Of a stretch of DNA of 63,439 nt, positions 37,337-47,005 are shown piece after piece (the stretch's first letter is position 1; every line of letters begins with the position of its first letter). The notes under the pieces were generated by a model. The model searched no databases and was not told the DNA's origin. It saw nothing but the letters and a program-made list of their open reading frames with translations. The position numbers and the translations under genes were made by a program. The stretch lies in the sequence record DRR378314_1256; one strand, 5' to 3'.

Positions 37337-38590
37337 ATGACAGTCTTATGTACGACCCGGCAACTTATAAAAAGGACATTTTTACTCACTGTCCTGCTGG
37401 CTTTGGTCGGAACGCACGCTTCCATCGCAAGCGCTGGCCCCCGGGACCAGGCAAAACGTATCCATGAACGCATCGCCGGTGTTCCTCCTTCTCCGGAGGT
37501 GCTCGATCAGATGGCGGCAAATATAACCAACAATGGTGCGTCAGGCGCCGTTTCCGCCGCTTACACGGCCATGGAAGATCCAGCGTTTTACGATGTTACC
37601 CTCAAAAATTTCGTTGCACCATGGACAAATGAGGCGATGTCCCCCTTCGTGCCGTTGAATGATTACACGGCGACGGTCATTGGTATTGTGCGGGATAATC
37701 ATGATTTTAGACGCGTCTTATATGACGACATACTTTATGTCGGTAACGCCAGCCTGAACGGCATCTCGGCGTATTCAGCGTCGAACAACGACAACTATGA
37801 GGACCTTGAGCGCTCCGGTTACTCCCTCAGTGATGACAACGTGCTGGAACAAACCACGCAGTCCAGCCTGAATTCCGAATTGCCCACAGGCGCCACGGCC
37901 GGCGTGATCACCTCCCGGGCCGCTGCCCGTGCCTTTTTCAGCGCTGGCACCAACCGCGCTATGTTTCGGTTTACCTTGCTCAACCACATGTGCAACGACC
38001 TGGAACAGGTCGCAGACGTTTCACTGCCACCAGACCGCATCCGCCAGGATGTGTCTCGGAGCCCTGGCGGGGACAGCCGTGTGTTTCTGAGCAACTGCGT
38101 TGGCTGTCACACCGGCATGGACCCCATGACCCAGGCCTTCGCCTACTACGACTATCAGTACAACGCCGATACGGACCCTGACGGCGAGCTTGGCAGGCTG
38201 ATCTACAACTCTGTTAGCGACGTGGACCCGGAAACAGGTACCCGCGTTGTCGCCAAGTACCACATCAACTCGACCACGTTTGAGCAGGGGTACGTGACGC
38301 CGGACGATGGCTGGGATAACTACTGGCGGTCCGGCACCAATCGGCGCCTGGGCTGGGATGGTGCCCTGCCCGGCTCCGGTAACGGCGCCAAGAGCCTGGG
38401 GCGGGAGTTTGCCAATTCCGATGCCTTTGCCCAGTGCCAGGTGAAAAAAGTATTCCGCAATGTCTGCCTGCGAGAGCCTTCAAACGACAGTGATCGCTCA
38501 AAGATTAGCGAAATCGTTTCGAGTTTCCGCAGCGGGTACAACCTTAAAACTGCCTTTGCGGAATCTGCCGCGTATTGCCGGGGGGAGTAG
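37337..38590 (+). CDS. Exported monoheme c-type cytochrome with DUF1585/DUF1588-like features
   Basis: GAGG RBS, signal peptide, AGVITSR, CVGCHTGMDP, C-terminal FAQCQVKKVF...GYNLKTAF. Confidence 0.65.
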   Translation: MTVLCTTRQLIKRTFLLTVLLALVGTHASIASAGPRDQAKRIHERIAGVPPSPEVLDQMAANITNNGASGAVSAAYTAMEDPAFYDVTLKNFVAPWTNEAMSPFVPLNDYTATVIGIVRDNHDFRRVLYDDILYVGNASLNGISAYSASNNDNYEDLERSGYSLSDDNVLEQTTQSSLNSELPTGATAGVITSRAAARAFFSAGTNRAMFRFTLLNHMCNDLEQVADVSLPPDRIRQDVSRSPGGDSRVFLSNCVGCHTGMDPMTQAFAYYDYQYNADTDPDGELGRLIYNSVSDVDPETGTRVVAKYHINSTTFEQGYVTPDDGWDNYWRSGTNRRLGWDGALPGSGNGAKSLGREFANSDAFAQCQVKKVFRNVCLREPSNDSDRSKISEIVSSFRSGYNLKTAFAESAAYCRGE

Positions 38591-38596
38591 GACATT

Positions 38597-41116
38597 ATGA
38601 AAACCATAATCAGTAAAGGAACCCGAGCCCCCGCTGCGCTGTTCTCCGTTTTTGCTGCCCTGCTCTTTCTTGCGGGCTGTAACAGTGGCGAATCCACCGA
38701 AGCCCTTCCAAACACCGGCGGCGGCTCCAATACCGTTAGCTATAGCGGCCCGCCTCCCGCCAGCGACGATGTACTGAATTTCAAACGCAGCGTGTGGGAT
38801 GAGCTTTCAGGCCAGAACAAGTGCGGCGCCTGCCACAACGCCGGCGGCCAGTCACCTCAGTTTGTGCATGAGGGCGACATCAACATCGCCTACGCCCAGG
38901 CCAAAACCATTGTTAACCTGTCCGACCCGTCCCAGTCCGAGATGGTGACCAAGGTCGCCGGTGGCCACAACTGCTGGACGACGTCCGTCACTGCCTGTAC
39001 TGACCTGCTGACAGTCTATATCTCCAATTGGGCCGGTGGCTCTGAAGGGTCGGTGAAGACCGTGGAATTGCGGGCGCCGGATATCAACGAAGTTAACGAC
39101 ACGCTGACGTTTCCGGATGATCCATCAATATTTCAAAGCACTATCTATCCGGTCTTGACCGACTACTGCAGCGAGTGCCACACCAGCAATGGCCAGACGC
39201 CTTACATTGCCAGCACGGATGTCCAAACGGCGTACGACCAGGCCAAAAGCCGGATCGACCTGAACGACCGGGCACCTGAAGTGGGTCTTGAAGATGCGTC
39301 TTCGCGGCTGGTTGAACGGCTCCGGGATGACAGCCATAACTGTTGGGATAACGACTGCGTTGAGTCGTCCATCGTGATGCTGGCGGCGATACAGAATTTC
39401 ATTGCTGATCTCGGAGAGCCCGAGCCAATCCCCGCAAACCTCGTGACCAGCAAAGCTCTGAATCTGGCCGATGACGGCTTGCTGGCCAATGCCGGCGGCC
39501 GATACGAAGACAACGTCATCGCGCTGTACGAGTTCAAAGCAGGCGACGGCCCAACGGCCTTTGACACCAGCGGTATTTCCCCACCTCTGGACTTGACGCT
39601 CAGCGGCAACGTCGGCTGGGTCGGTGGCTGGGGTATTGATATTGGCCCGGCCTTTGAAACCGAAGAAGGCGACATGATTCGCGCCGGCAAGGCGCAAGGC
39701 TCCACAGCGAACAGCCGCAAACTGCACACCCTGCTGACCGCCTCCGGCGAGTACGCCATCGAAGCATGGGTGGTACCCGGCAACATCACCCAGGAAGACT
39801 CCCGTATCGTGACCTACTCCGGCTCTTCGACAGCACGCAATTTCACGCTGGGCCAGGACATGCAGAGCTACGAGTTCCTGCATCGGAGCACCACCACCGA
39901 CCAGAACGATCCAATGCTGACTGAAGCCAACCCCATGCTGTTGCAGGCGACGTTGCAACACGTGGTGGTGAACTTTACACCGGACGGTGGCCGCGAAATA
40001 TTCGTGAATGGCGAACCCTCAGGCGATGTCGACCCGGATTCCGCCGGCCTGCTGACCGACTGGGACGACAGTTTCGCCCTGGTCCTGGGCAATGAGACGG
40101 ACGGTGAATCGCCCTGGGAAGGCGCCGTCAGGATGCTGGCCATCCACGACCGTGCCCTCACCGCAGAGCAGGTTGCCGCCAACTACGACGTGGGCGTTGG
40201 CCAGAAGTTCTTCCTGCTGTTCAGCGTATCCCATCTGGTGGATATGCCGGAAAGCTTTATCGTCTTTGAGGTCAGTCAGTTCGACAACTACGGCTATTTG
40301 TTCTCAAATCCGTTCTTCATCAGCCTCGACGAGACCCAGTCTCCATCGGGCATAGCATTGAAGGGCATGAGAATAGGCATCAACGGCCGCGAAGTGGTGG
40401 TCGGCCAGTCGTTCGCCAATCTGGACGTCACGCTGAATGCCAGCGATTACGTGGCAGGCTCCGGTCAGCCTCTGTCGAGACTCGGCACGGTTCTCGCGCT
40501 GGAGGAAGGCCCGGAAAGCGATCAGTTCTTCCTGACCTTTGAACAGCTCGGCAGCAACACAGACGTCCGAGTGGAAGGCCCTGCCCCGACACAGCCACCA
40601 GAAACCGGTAGCACGGAATTCTCCGCCATCGGCCTGAAGACGTTTGACGAAGTGAATGCCTCCATGTCGAAAGTAACGGGTATTCCCACGACTCAGCCGG
40701 CCGTTGCCGCGACGTTCACGACCGTGAAGCAACAGTTGCCAACGGTAGAGGATCTGGAAGGCTTCCTGTCATCCCATCAAATGGCCATTACGCAGATGGC
40801 GATCCAGTACTGTGATGCCCTGGTGTCGGATTCCACACGACGCACCGCCTTCTTCCCCGGCTTTAACTTCGGTGAGAGCGCTGGCACCGCGTTTGACGAC
40901 GCTGGTCGGTCGCTCATCAAGACGCCGTTGATGGAGAAATTCGTCGGCACAAGCCTGAGTACTCAACCCGCGGATGCGGACATTGAAACCGAGCTGGACG
41001 CCCTGATGGGACGCCTCACCACCTGTGGTGGTAGCTGCCCTGCCGGCCGTACCGAAACCGTTGTCAAAGCAAGCTGCGCAGCCGTACTGGGCAGCGCCGT
41101 GACACTGATTCAGTAG
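38597..41116 (+). CDS. Diheme cytochrome c / LamG-domain lipoprotein
   Basis: Lipobox LAGC; CGACH and CSECH; LamG pattern (ALYEF, AIEAWV, QHVVV, IHDRALTAEQV). Confidence 0.75.
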   Translation: MKTIISKGTRAPAALFSVFAALLFLAGCNSGESTEALPNTGGGSNTVSYSGPPPASDDVLNFKRSVWDELSGQNKCGACHNAGGQSPQFVHEGDINIAYAQAKTIVNLSDPSQSEMVTKVAGGHNCWTTSVTACTDLLTVYISNWAGGSEGSVKTVELRAPDINEVNDTLTFPDDPSIFQSTIYPVLTDYCSECHTSNGQTPYIASTDVQTAYDQAKSRIDLNDRAPEVGLEDASSRLVERLRDDSHNCWDNDCVESSIVMLAAIQNFIADLGEPEPIPANLVTSKALNLADDGLLANAGGRYEDNVIALYEFKAGDGPTAFDTSGISPPLDLTLSGNVGWVGGWGIDIGPAFETEEGDMIRAGKAQGSTANSRKLHTLLTASGEYAIEAWVVPGNITQEDSRIVTYSGSSTARNFTLGQDMQSYEFLHRSTTTDQNDPMLTEANPMLLQATLQHVVVNFTPDGGREIFVNGEPSGDVDPDSAGLLTDWDDSFALVLGNETDGESPWEGAVRMLAIHDRALTAEQVAANYDVGVGQKFFLLFSVSHLVDMPESFIVFEVSQFDNYGYLFSNPFFISLDETQSPSGIALKGMRIGINGREVVVGQSFANLDVTLNASDYVAGSGQPLSRLGTVLALEEGPESDQFFLTFEQLGSNTDVRVEGPAPTQPPETGSTEFSAIGLKTFDEVNASMSKVTGIPTTQPAVAATFTTVKQQLPTVEDLEGFLSSHQMAITQMAIQYCDALVSDSTRRTAFFPGFNFGESAGTAFDDAGRSLIKTPLMEKFVGTSLSTQPADADIETELDALMGRLTTCGGSCPAGRTETVVKASCAAVLGSAVTLIQ

Positions 41117-41122
41117 AGGACG

Positions 41123-42685
41123 TTGACCATGTATATCAAACCTTCTCGCAAACGTGCACTGGCGACGGATCAACCTCTCCTGCACAGCGATCACGCAAGG
41201 CCGAAAACCCGGCGTGAGTTCATCGCCCAGGGCTTTATGACGGGCGCAGCGACGCTCTGCGGAGCCTCTATATTCAGCCTGTTTGCCAACCCACGGCAGG
41301 CGGCCGCGGCGTTGTCTCCAGACCTTGAGGACTGGAAGGAATCGTGCGGTATCGCGTCGGCCGGCGCGGGCAAGATTCCCTTTATCTGCTTTGACCTGGC
41401 GGGCGGTGCCAACATCGCCGGTTCGAACGTTCTGCTGGGCAAATCCGGTGGCCAGTTCGACTTCTTGAGCACGGCCGGCTACAACAAGCTGGGGTTACCG
41501 GGCACCATGCTGCCCAATGATCCCGCGTTCGTAAACCAGGAGTTCGGCCTGGCGTTCCATTCCGACAGCGGATTCCTGCGGGGCATGCAGGACAGCACGT
41601 CGGTCGCCGCCCGAGGTTTCATCAATGGTGCCATCATTGCCGCCCGCTCCGAGAACGACACCGGCAATAACCCCCATAACCCGATGTACGGCATCAGCAA
41701 GGCGGGCGCGGACGGCGAACTGCTCACACTCGTAGGCTCTCAGAGCTCCGAGAGTGGCGGCAACTCCATGGCCCCCATGAACCTCATCAACCCTCAGGTG
41801 CGCCCCACCAAGATTGACCGCCCGAGCGACGTTTCAGGCCTGGTGGATGTGGGCGACCTGACGGCCATTCTGGATCAGGACGATGCGGTTGCGGTGATGG
41901 AATCCATCCAGCGCATCAGCCGTAAGAAGCTGGACAATGTAAACACCACGCTCGTCACACGAGACGATGTGGTGAAAGACCTCGTCAACTGCGGCTATGT
42001 CAAAAGCGCGGACCTGACCGAGCGCTTTGCCGACCCGTCCTCTATCGACCCGTCTCAGGATACCGATATCGTGGGAGGCATTTTCACCGAGGCCCAGTTC
42101 AACGAAAACTCGCGCCTGGGCCGGGAAATCCGCAAAACCGCCGCGGTGATGAAACTGGTCCAGAACGGCTACGCCGGCGCCGGTACCGTCACCCTGGGTG
42201 GGTACGATTACCACACCGGCGAGCGGGGCACCGGTGAAGAGCGGGACTATTTGGCGGGCCGCTGCATGGGCGCTTGTCTGGAATACGCCCACCGAACACA
42301 AACACCACTGATGCTGTACGTGTTCAGTGATGGCTCGGTCTCAAGTAATGGTCGGCTGGACGAGTCCATGGCCGGGCGCGGCAAGGGCGAGTGGACTGGC
42401 GACAACCAGCAGACAGCTGCATCGTTCTTCCTGGTCTACAGCCCGGCAGGCCAACCCACGGCGCTGACCAACCAGATTGGCTTTATGCGTTCTGACGCCT
42501 CTGTGGAAACCGCCTCAAGCCCTGCGGCCAATAACGTGAACCAATTGGTGCAAACGGTGCTGCTCAACTACATGGCCCTGCACGGAGAACAGGGCATGTT
42601 CGAGAACGCCGACAGATTCCCCAACCACGGCCTCGGGAATCAAAACAGCCGGGATCGGCTTATCGCCCTCCAGCCGATTGTGTAA
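41123..42685 (+). CDS. Tat-exported DUF1501/DUF1552-like protein
   Basis: TRREFI twin-arginine motif, h-region and AAA cleavage site; CFDLAGGAN and GGYDYH motifs. Confidence 0.65.
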   Translation: MTMYIKPSRKRALATDQPLLHSDHARPKTRREFIAQGFMTGAATLCGASIFSLFANPRQAAAALSPDLEDWKESCGIASAGAGKIPFICFDLAGGANIAGSNVLLGKSGGQFDFLSTAGYNKLGLPGTMLPNDPAFVNQEFGLAFHSDSGFLRGMQDSTSVAARGFINGAIIAARSENDTGNNPHNPMYGISKAGADGELLTLVGSQSSESGGNSMAPMNLINPQVRPTKIDRPSDVSGLVDVGDLTAILDQDDAVAVMESIQRISRKKLDNVNTTLVTRDDVVKDLVNCGYVKSADLTERFADPSSIDPSQDTDIVGGIFTEAQFNENSRLGREIRKTAAVMKLVQNGYAGAGTVTLGGYDYHTGERGTGEERDYLAGRCMGACLEYAHRTQTPLMLYVFSDGSVSSNGRLDESMAGRGKGEWTGDNQQTAASFFLVYSPAGQPTALTNQIGFMRSDASVETASSPAANNVNQLVQTVLLNYMALHGEQGMFENADRFPNHGLGNQNSRDRLIALQPIV

Positions 42686-42690
42686 TCCGA

Positions 42691-42719
42691 TGTGGCCGGG
42701 CCTGCGGGTCCCGGCCACA
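42691..42719. terminator. Hairpin between convergent genes
   Basis: TGTGGCCGGG...CCCGGCCACA 10-bp inverted repeat. Confidence 0.6.
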
Positions 42720-42729
42720 CCTCCCGGTA

Positions 42730-43722
42730 TCAAGAACCCTCCGGCGCCATTAACCCGTCCGAATAATGCACCTGACGCTGCTCATCGATGATGATGGCAT
42801 CGATACCCTCCAGTCGATTAATCATCTCCAGGCCCTTGGCTGATCCCAGCACAAAGACCGCCGTGGACAAACCATCGGTTGTGATGCTGTCGTCGCCGAG
42901 GATGGTCACACTCTGCACGCCTTTTACCGGTTTGCCGGTCGCTGGCGAGAGAATGTGATGGACACGCTCGTGGTTGTCGTCGAAAAAGAAGCGTTCGTAA
43001 TCGCCTGACGTCGACACCGCCACGTTGGTCAGCGGCAGGACCATGGCGTTGCGTGATTCAGATCGGGGGTCCCGGATACCTACTATCCATGGCTTGCCAC
43101 GCTTGTCACCCAGAAGCCGCAGGTCGCCCCCGGCGCTCAATCGTGCCTGGCGAATGCCGAAGGATTTAAGGATGTCGATACCGCGATCAACCGCATATCC
43201 CTTGGCAATGCCTCCGAGATCCAGCCTGATGCCTTCATCAAGAAATCGGACGGTGTTGGCGTTGGGGTCCAGCACCACGGACTTGTAATTCACCTTTGAC
43301 AGTCCCTCCGCCAGTTCTTCATCGGAGGGCTGTTGCCTGGCGCGAAAATCGTACAGGTAGCCGACGGACCCGAAACTGATGTCGAAAGCGCCGTTGCTCA
43401 ATTCGGAAATACGCAGAGCCTGCTGAAGCACAGTAAACAAGCTGTCGCTCACTTCCACTGGCCCGTTGGCCGCCTCGCGATTCACCCGGGACAGCTCGGA
43501 ATCCTCCCGGTAACGGCTCATCTGGTGGTCAATGCGGTCGAACATCGCCAGTACCGCGTCTCCGGCCTCACTGGCCGCGGCCGGATCCTCGGACCAGAAC
43601 TCCATCTCGATGGCAGTGGTCATTGCCGTACCGCTCACACGCACCCATTCGGCCTGGGCTGGCATGGCCACGGTCAGCAGCATGGCCAACCCCCATGCCA
43701 ACGTCCGTGCAACTACCCGCAT
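42730..43722 (-). CDS. apbE: FAD:protein FMN transferase (start uncertain, 43683-43743)
   Basis: GAFDIS, LDLGGIAKGYAVD, AGGD, STSGDYER, HHILSPATG, DGLSTA. Confidence 0.93.
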   Translation of the reverse strand: MRVVARTLAWGLAMLLTVAMPAQAEWVRVSGTAMTTAIEMEFWSEDPAAASEAGDAVLAMFDRIDHQMSRYREDSELSRVNREAANGPVEVSDSLFTVLQQALRISELSNGAFDISFGSVGYLYDFRARQQPSDEELAEGLSKVNYKSVVLDPNANTVRFLDEGIRLDLGGIAKGYAVDRGIDILKSFGIRQARLSAGGDLRLLGDKRGKPWIVGIRDPRSESRNAMVLPLTNVAVSTSGDYERFFFDDNHERVHHILSPATGKPVKGVQSVTILGDDSITTDGLSTAVFVLGSAKGLEMINRLEGIDAIIIDEQRQVHYSDGLMAPEGS

Positions 43723-43800
43723 ACTAAACCGTCCGTTGCTCACTGCCCGCCCTCGTTTCGATAACCGTGTTCTGATCGTTGTGGTTGATGCCAACCCCCG

Positions 43801-43868
43801 ACTCATCCCCTCTACGCCCCCCTCATCCCCCCGTCTACGCCAATAAAAAGTGCGTCAGGAGGATGAAC
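43801..43868. promoter_or_regulatory. MalT-box array upstream of alpha-glucosidase/malK and divergent apbE
   Basis: Minus strand GGGGATGAGT (43801-10), GGGGCGTAGA (43811-20), GGGGATGAGG (43821-30), TTGGCGTAGA (43834-43); plus strand GAGGATGAAC (43859-68). Confidence 0.8.
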
Positions 43869-43969
43869 GACCGGGACCATCGTCGCACTATGCATGAAAG
43901 CTATTCCAGCGGATGCTCTCCGCTCCCACAATAACAATCTTTCACCGCCAGGGTGTTAAGCGAGGCAAG

Positions 43970-45583
43970 ATGATGAAGAACCCGGACTGGTGGCGTGGAG
44001 CCGTCATTTACCAAGTTTATCCACGCAGCTTCTACGATTCCAATGGCGATGGCATTGGTGACCTGCCCGGGGTCACTGCGAAACTCGATTACATCGCCAG
44101 CCTGAACGTGGATGCCATCTGGCTGTCGCCTTTCTTTACCTCGCCGATGAAAGATTTTGGCTACGACGTGTCTGACTATCGCGGCGTAGACCCGATTTTC
44201 GGCACCATTGAGGATTTCGATGAGCTCATTGCCGAGGCTCATAAACGCGATCTGAAGATCATGATCGACCAGGTATTGAGCCACTCTTCCGATCAGCATC
44301 GCTGGTTCGTCGAGAGCCGCGCGAGCCGTGACAACCCGAAAGCAGACTGGTACGTATGGGCAGACCCCAATGCTGACGGCACCCCACCCAACAACTGGCT
44401 GTCTGTTTTTGGCGGCTCCGCGTGGGCCTGGGACAGCCGCCGCAAGCAATACTACCTGCACAATTTCCTGACCAGCCAACCGGATCTGAACTTCCACTGC
44501 CCGGACGTGGTTGAACAGGTACTCTCGGATGTAAAGTTCTGGCTGGACCGGGGCGTTGACGGTTTCCGCCTGGATGCCATCAACTTCTGCTTCCACGATC
44601 CGGAACTGCGGGACAACCCGGCCAGCAATGCCGTTGCCGAGGGTTCCATCGGTGTACGCAAGGAAAATCCTTACGCCTACCAGTTCCACAAATACGACAA
44701 GACCCGCCCGGAAAACCTGGCCTTTCTGCAGCGCCTGCGTGCCCTGCTTGACCAGTACCCCGGCACCACCACTGTCGGGGAAATTGGCGACGACAACTCC
44801 CTGCAAACCATGGCGGAATACACCAGTGGCGGCGACAAACTGCACATGGCCTATTCCTTTGACCTGCTGACGGAACAGCACGGGGCCGACTTCTTCCACA
44901 AGACTGTCGACTCCATTGAGAAAAAACTGACCGACGGCTGGCCCTGCTGGGCCATCGGCAACCATGATGTTTCACGGGTTGCTACACGCTGGCAGGCGCG
45001 CTCGCCCCAGCAGTTGAAAGCCTATATGGCGATGCTGCTGACACTCCGCGGCAGTGTCTGTATCTACCAGGGCGAAGAGCTCGGCCTGACCGAGGCGGAG
45101 CTGGCGTACAAAGACCTGGTGGATCCGTATGGCATCAACTTCTGGCCTGAATACAAAGGCCGGGACGGTTGCCGCACCCCCATGGTGTGGCACAACAAAG
45201 CCGCCAACGGCGGCTTCTCCGATGCACGCCCGTGGCTGCCGGTTTATGATGAACATTACAACGCAGCAGTCGACGTCCAGCACGAGCAGGAGAATTCCAT
45301 CCTGCAGGCCTACCGGGCCTTCCTTGGCTGGCGCGCGCAGCAACCGGTGCTACTGAAGGGCGACATCGAGTTTCTGGACAGCCCCGAAAACACTCTGGTT
45401 TATACCCGGACCTATGAGGGTACCACCCTGCTGGTCGCCCTGAACCTGACGGATCAGACGGTTCAAATCACAGCGCCAACTGCTGGCCAGAGAGTCAGCG
45501 GTGCACCTGATTTCGTCGGCAGCTCCTGGAATGACCGGGAGCTGGAACTGCAGCCCTGGGGTGTGGAAATTGCAACACTCTGA
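43970..45583 (+). CDS. GH13 alpha-glucosidase
   Basis: WWRGAVIYQVYPRSF, GYDVSDY, QPDLN, GFRLDA, VGEI, NHD, YQGEELG. Confidence 0.93.
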   Translation: MMKNPDWWRGAVIYQVYPRSFYDSNGDGIGDLPGVTAKLDYIASLNVDAIWLSPFFTSPMKDFGYDVSDYRGVDPIFGTIEDFDELIAEAHKRDLKIMIDQVLSHSSDQHRWFVESRASRDNPKADWYVWADPNADGTPPNNWLSVFGGSAWAWDSRRKQYYLHNFLTSQPDLNFHCPDVVEQVLSDVKFWLDRGVDGFRLDAINFCFHDPELRDNPASNAVAEGSIGVRKENPYAYQFHKYDKTRPENLAFLQRLRALLDQYPGTTTVGEIGDDNSLQTMAEYTSGGDKLHMAYSFDLLTEQHGADFFHKTVDSIEKKLTDGWPCWAIGNHDVSRVATRWQARSPQQLKAYMAMLLTLRGSVCIYQGEELGLTEAELAYKDLVDPYGINFWPEYKGRDGCRTPMVWHNKAANGGFSDARPWLPVYDEHYNAAVDVQHEQENSILQAYRAFLGWRAQQPVLLKGDIEFLDSPENTLVYTRTYEGTTLLVALNLTDQTVQITAPTAGQRVSGAPDFVGSSWNDRELELQPWGVEIATL

Positions 45584-45619
45584 GTTCGCTTTCACAGATC
45601 AAACAAGAAGACATACGTT

Positions 45620-46735
45620 ATGGCCAGCGTCACACTAAGAAACATCTGCAAGAGTTATGACGAAACCCAGGTCACCCGCAATGTAAACCTGGATATCGAC
45701 GACGGGGAATTTGTGGTGTTTGTCGGCCCTTCCGGGTGCGGCAAATCCACCCTGCTTCGGATGATCGCCGGGCTGGAGGATATCACCTCCGGCGAGCTCT
45801 ACATCGGCAACGACAAGGTCAACAACTTGCCCCCTAAGGAACGGGAAGTAGGCATGGTGTTCCAGTCCTACGCGCTATACCCCCACATGAACGTGGCGGA
45901 AAACATGGCCTTTGGGCTCAAACTCGCCAAGACTGACAAGGCCGAGATTGACCGTCGCGTGAACGATGCCGCCAAACTGCTGCAACTGAACAACCTGTTG
46001 GAACGCAAACCCAAGGATCTGTCCGGCGGCCAACGCCAGCGGGTTGCCATCGGCCGAACCATCGTGCGCGAGCCGACGGTATTCCTGTTCGACGAACCCC
46101 TGTCGAACCTCGACGCCTCCTTGCGGGTGCAGATGCGCATCGAAATCTCACGGCTGCACAAACGCCTGGACGCCACCATGGTGTACGTCACCCACGACCA
46201 GGTGGAGGCCATGACCATGGCCGACAAGATTGTCGCCCTGGATAACGGCACCATCGCCCAGGTCGGCAAGCCTATGGAGCTCTATCACTACCCTGCCACG
46301 CGGTTCGTGGCAGGCTTTATCGGTTCACCGAAGATGAACTTCATCGACTGCACCGTGGAGTCCGCCAGCAGCCAGTCCGTCACCGTTACCATGCCCGGCA
46401 AACACTCTCTCGAACTGCCCATCAACGGCCATGAACTGACCGCTGGTGAATCCGTCACCGTGGGCATTCGTCCGGAGCACCTGAGCAACGATGAAGAAGC
46501 GGATATGTACCTCGACGGCGAAGTGACCGTGGTGGAGCGGCTGGGTTACCAGACTCTGGTGCATATGGACGTAAACGGCGTGGATGGCGTGATTACCATG
46601 CGCACCGACGGCAGCGACCCGGTCCAGGAAGGCTCTAAGGTGACCCTCGGCATCAAGGCGATCAAGTGCCACCTGTTCCGCGAAGACGGCAACGCCTGCG
46701 CTCGCCTGTACCGTGAACCCTGTATTGATTTCTGA
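45620..46735 (+). CDS. malK: Maltose/maltodextrin ABC transporter ATP-binding protein
   Basis: [44 protein letters not shown]-terminus. Confidence 0.92.
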   Translation: MASVTLRNICKSYDETQVTRNVNLDIDDGEFVVFVGPSGCGKSTLLRMIAGLEDITSGELYIGNDKVNNLPPKEREVGMVFQSYALYPHMNVAENMAFGLKLAKTDKAEIDRRVNDAAKLLQLNNLLERKPKDLSGGQRQRVAIGRTIVREPTVFLFDEPLSNLDASLRVQMRIEISRLHKRLDATMVYVTHDQVEAMTMADKIVALDNGTIAQVGKPMELYHYPATRFVAGFIGSPKMNFIDCTVESASSQSVTVTMPGKHSLELPINGHELTAGESVTVGIRPEHLSNDEEADMYLDGEVTVVERLGYQTLVHMDVNGVDGVITMRTDGSDPVQEGSKVTLGIKAIKCHLFREDGNACARLYREPCIDF

Positions 46736-46765
46736 ATAGCGTGACGGTAACAAATCTTTATAGAC

Positions 46766-46791
46766 CTGGGGCGGAGATGAACCCACCCCAG
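46766..46791 (+). terminator. Hairpin downstream of malK
   Basis: CTGGGG...CCCCAG stem followed by a T-rich stretch. Confidence 0.45.
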
Positions 46792-47005
46792 TAACTTGTT
46801 TATTTACACTAGTAGACCGGTCCGCGTAGCTAAAGCCACCCTTCGATGCGACTCGAACAATCCACGGCATGATCCCCGCCCCGTATTCAATAATCCAGGG
46901 GTGGGTTTCTTCAGAATTTCTAATCCGTTTATATCTTCCGTTCCAGTCGTACCGACAGAGGTAAAACCTAATCAACCATTTTCTACAGGGCCTCCCCGAA
47001 CTCCT

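Noticed and set aside
37883-37900. TGAT (LPTGATAG) in the monoheme protein as an ApbE flavinylation site
   Set aside because: Lacks the upstream Asp of the usual motif and runs into the AGVITSR segment; probably chance
41123-42685. Type II secretion GspF (a label I recall being attached to similar proteins)
   Set aside because: It has a Tat signal and a soluble body, lacks the GspF multi-TM layout, and no other T2SS genes are present
2289-42719. GGCCGGG(AC) hairpins at 2289, 21858 and 42691 as a REP family
   Set aside because: Only a 7-9 bp GC-rich core is shared, with different orientation and loops; explained as independent terminator-like stems
46325-46975. 216-aa minus-strand ORF downstream of the AT-rich gene
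   Set aside because: Overlaps malK antisense for most of its length; the unique part has no recognisable features
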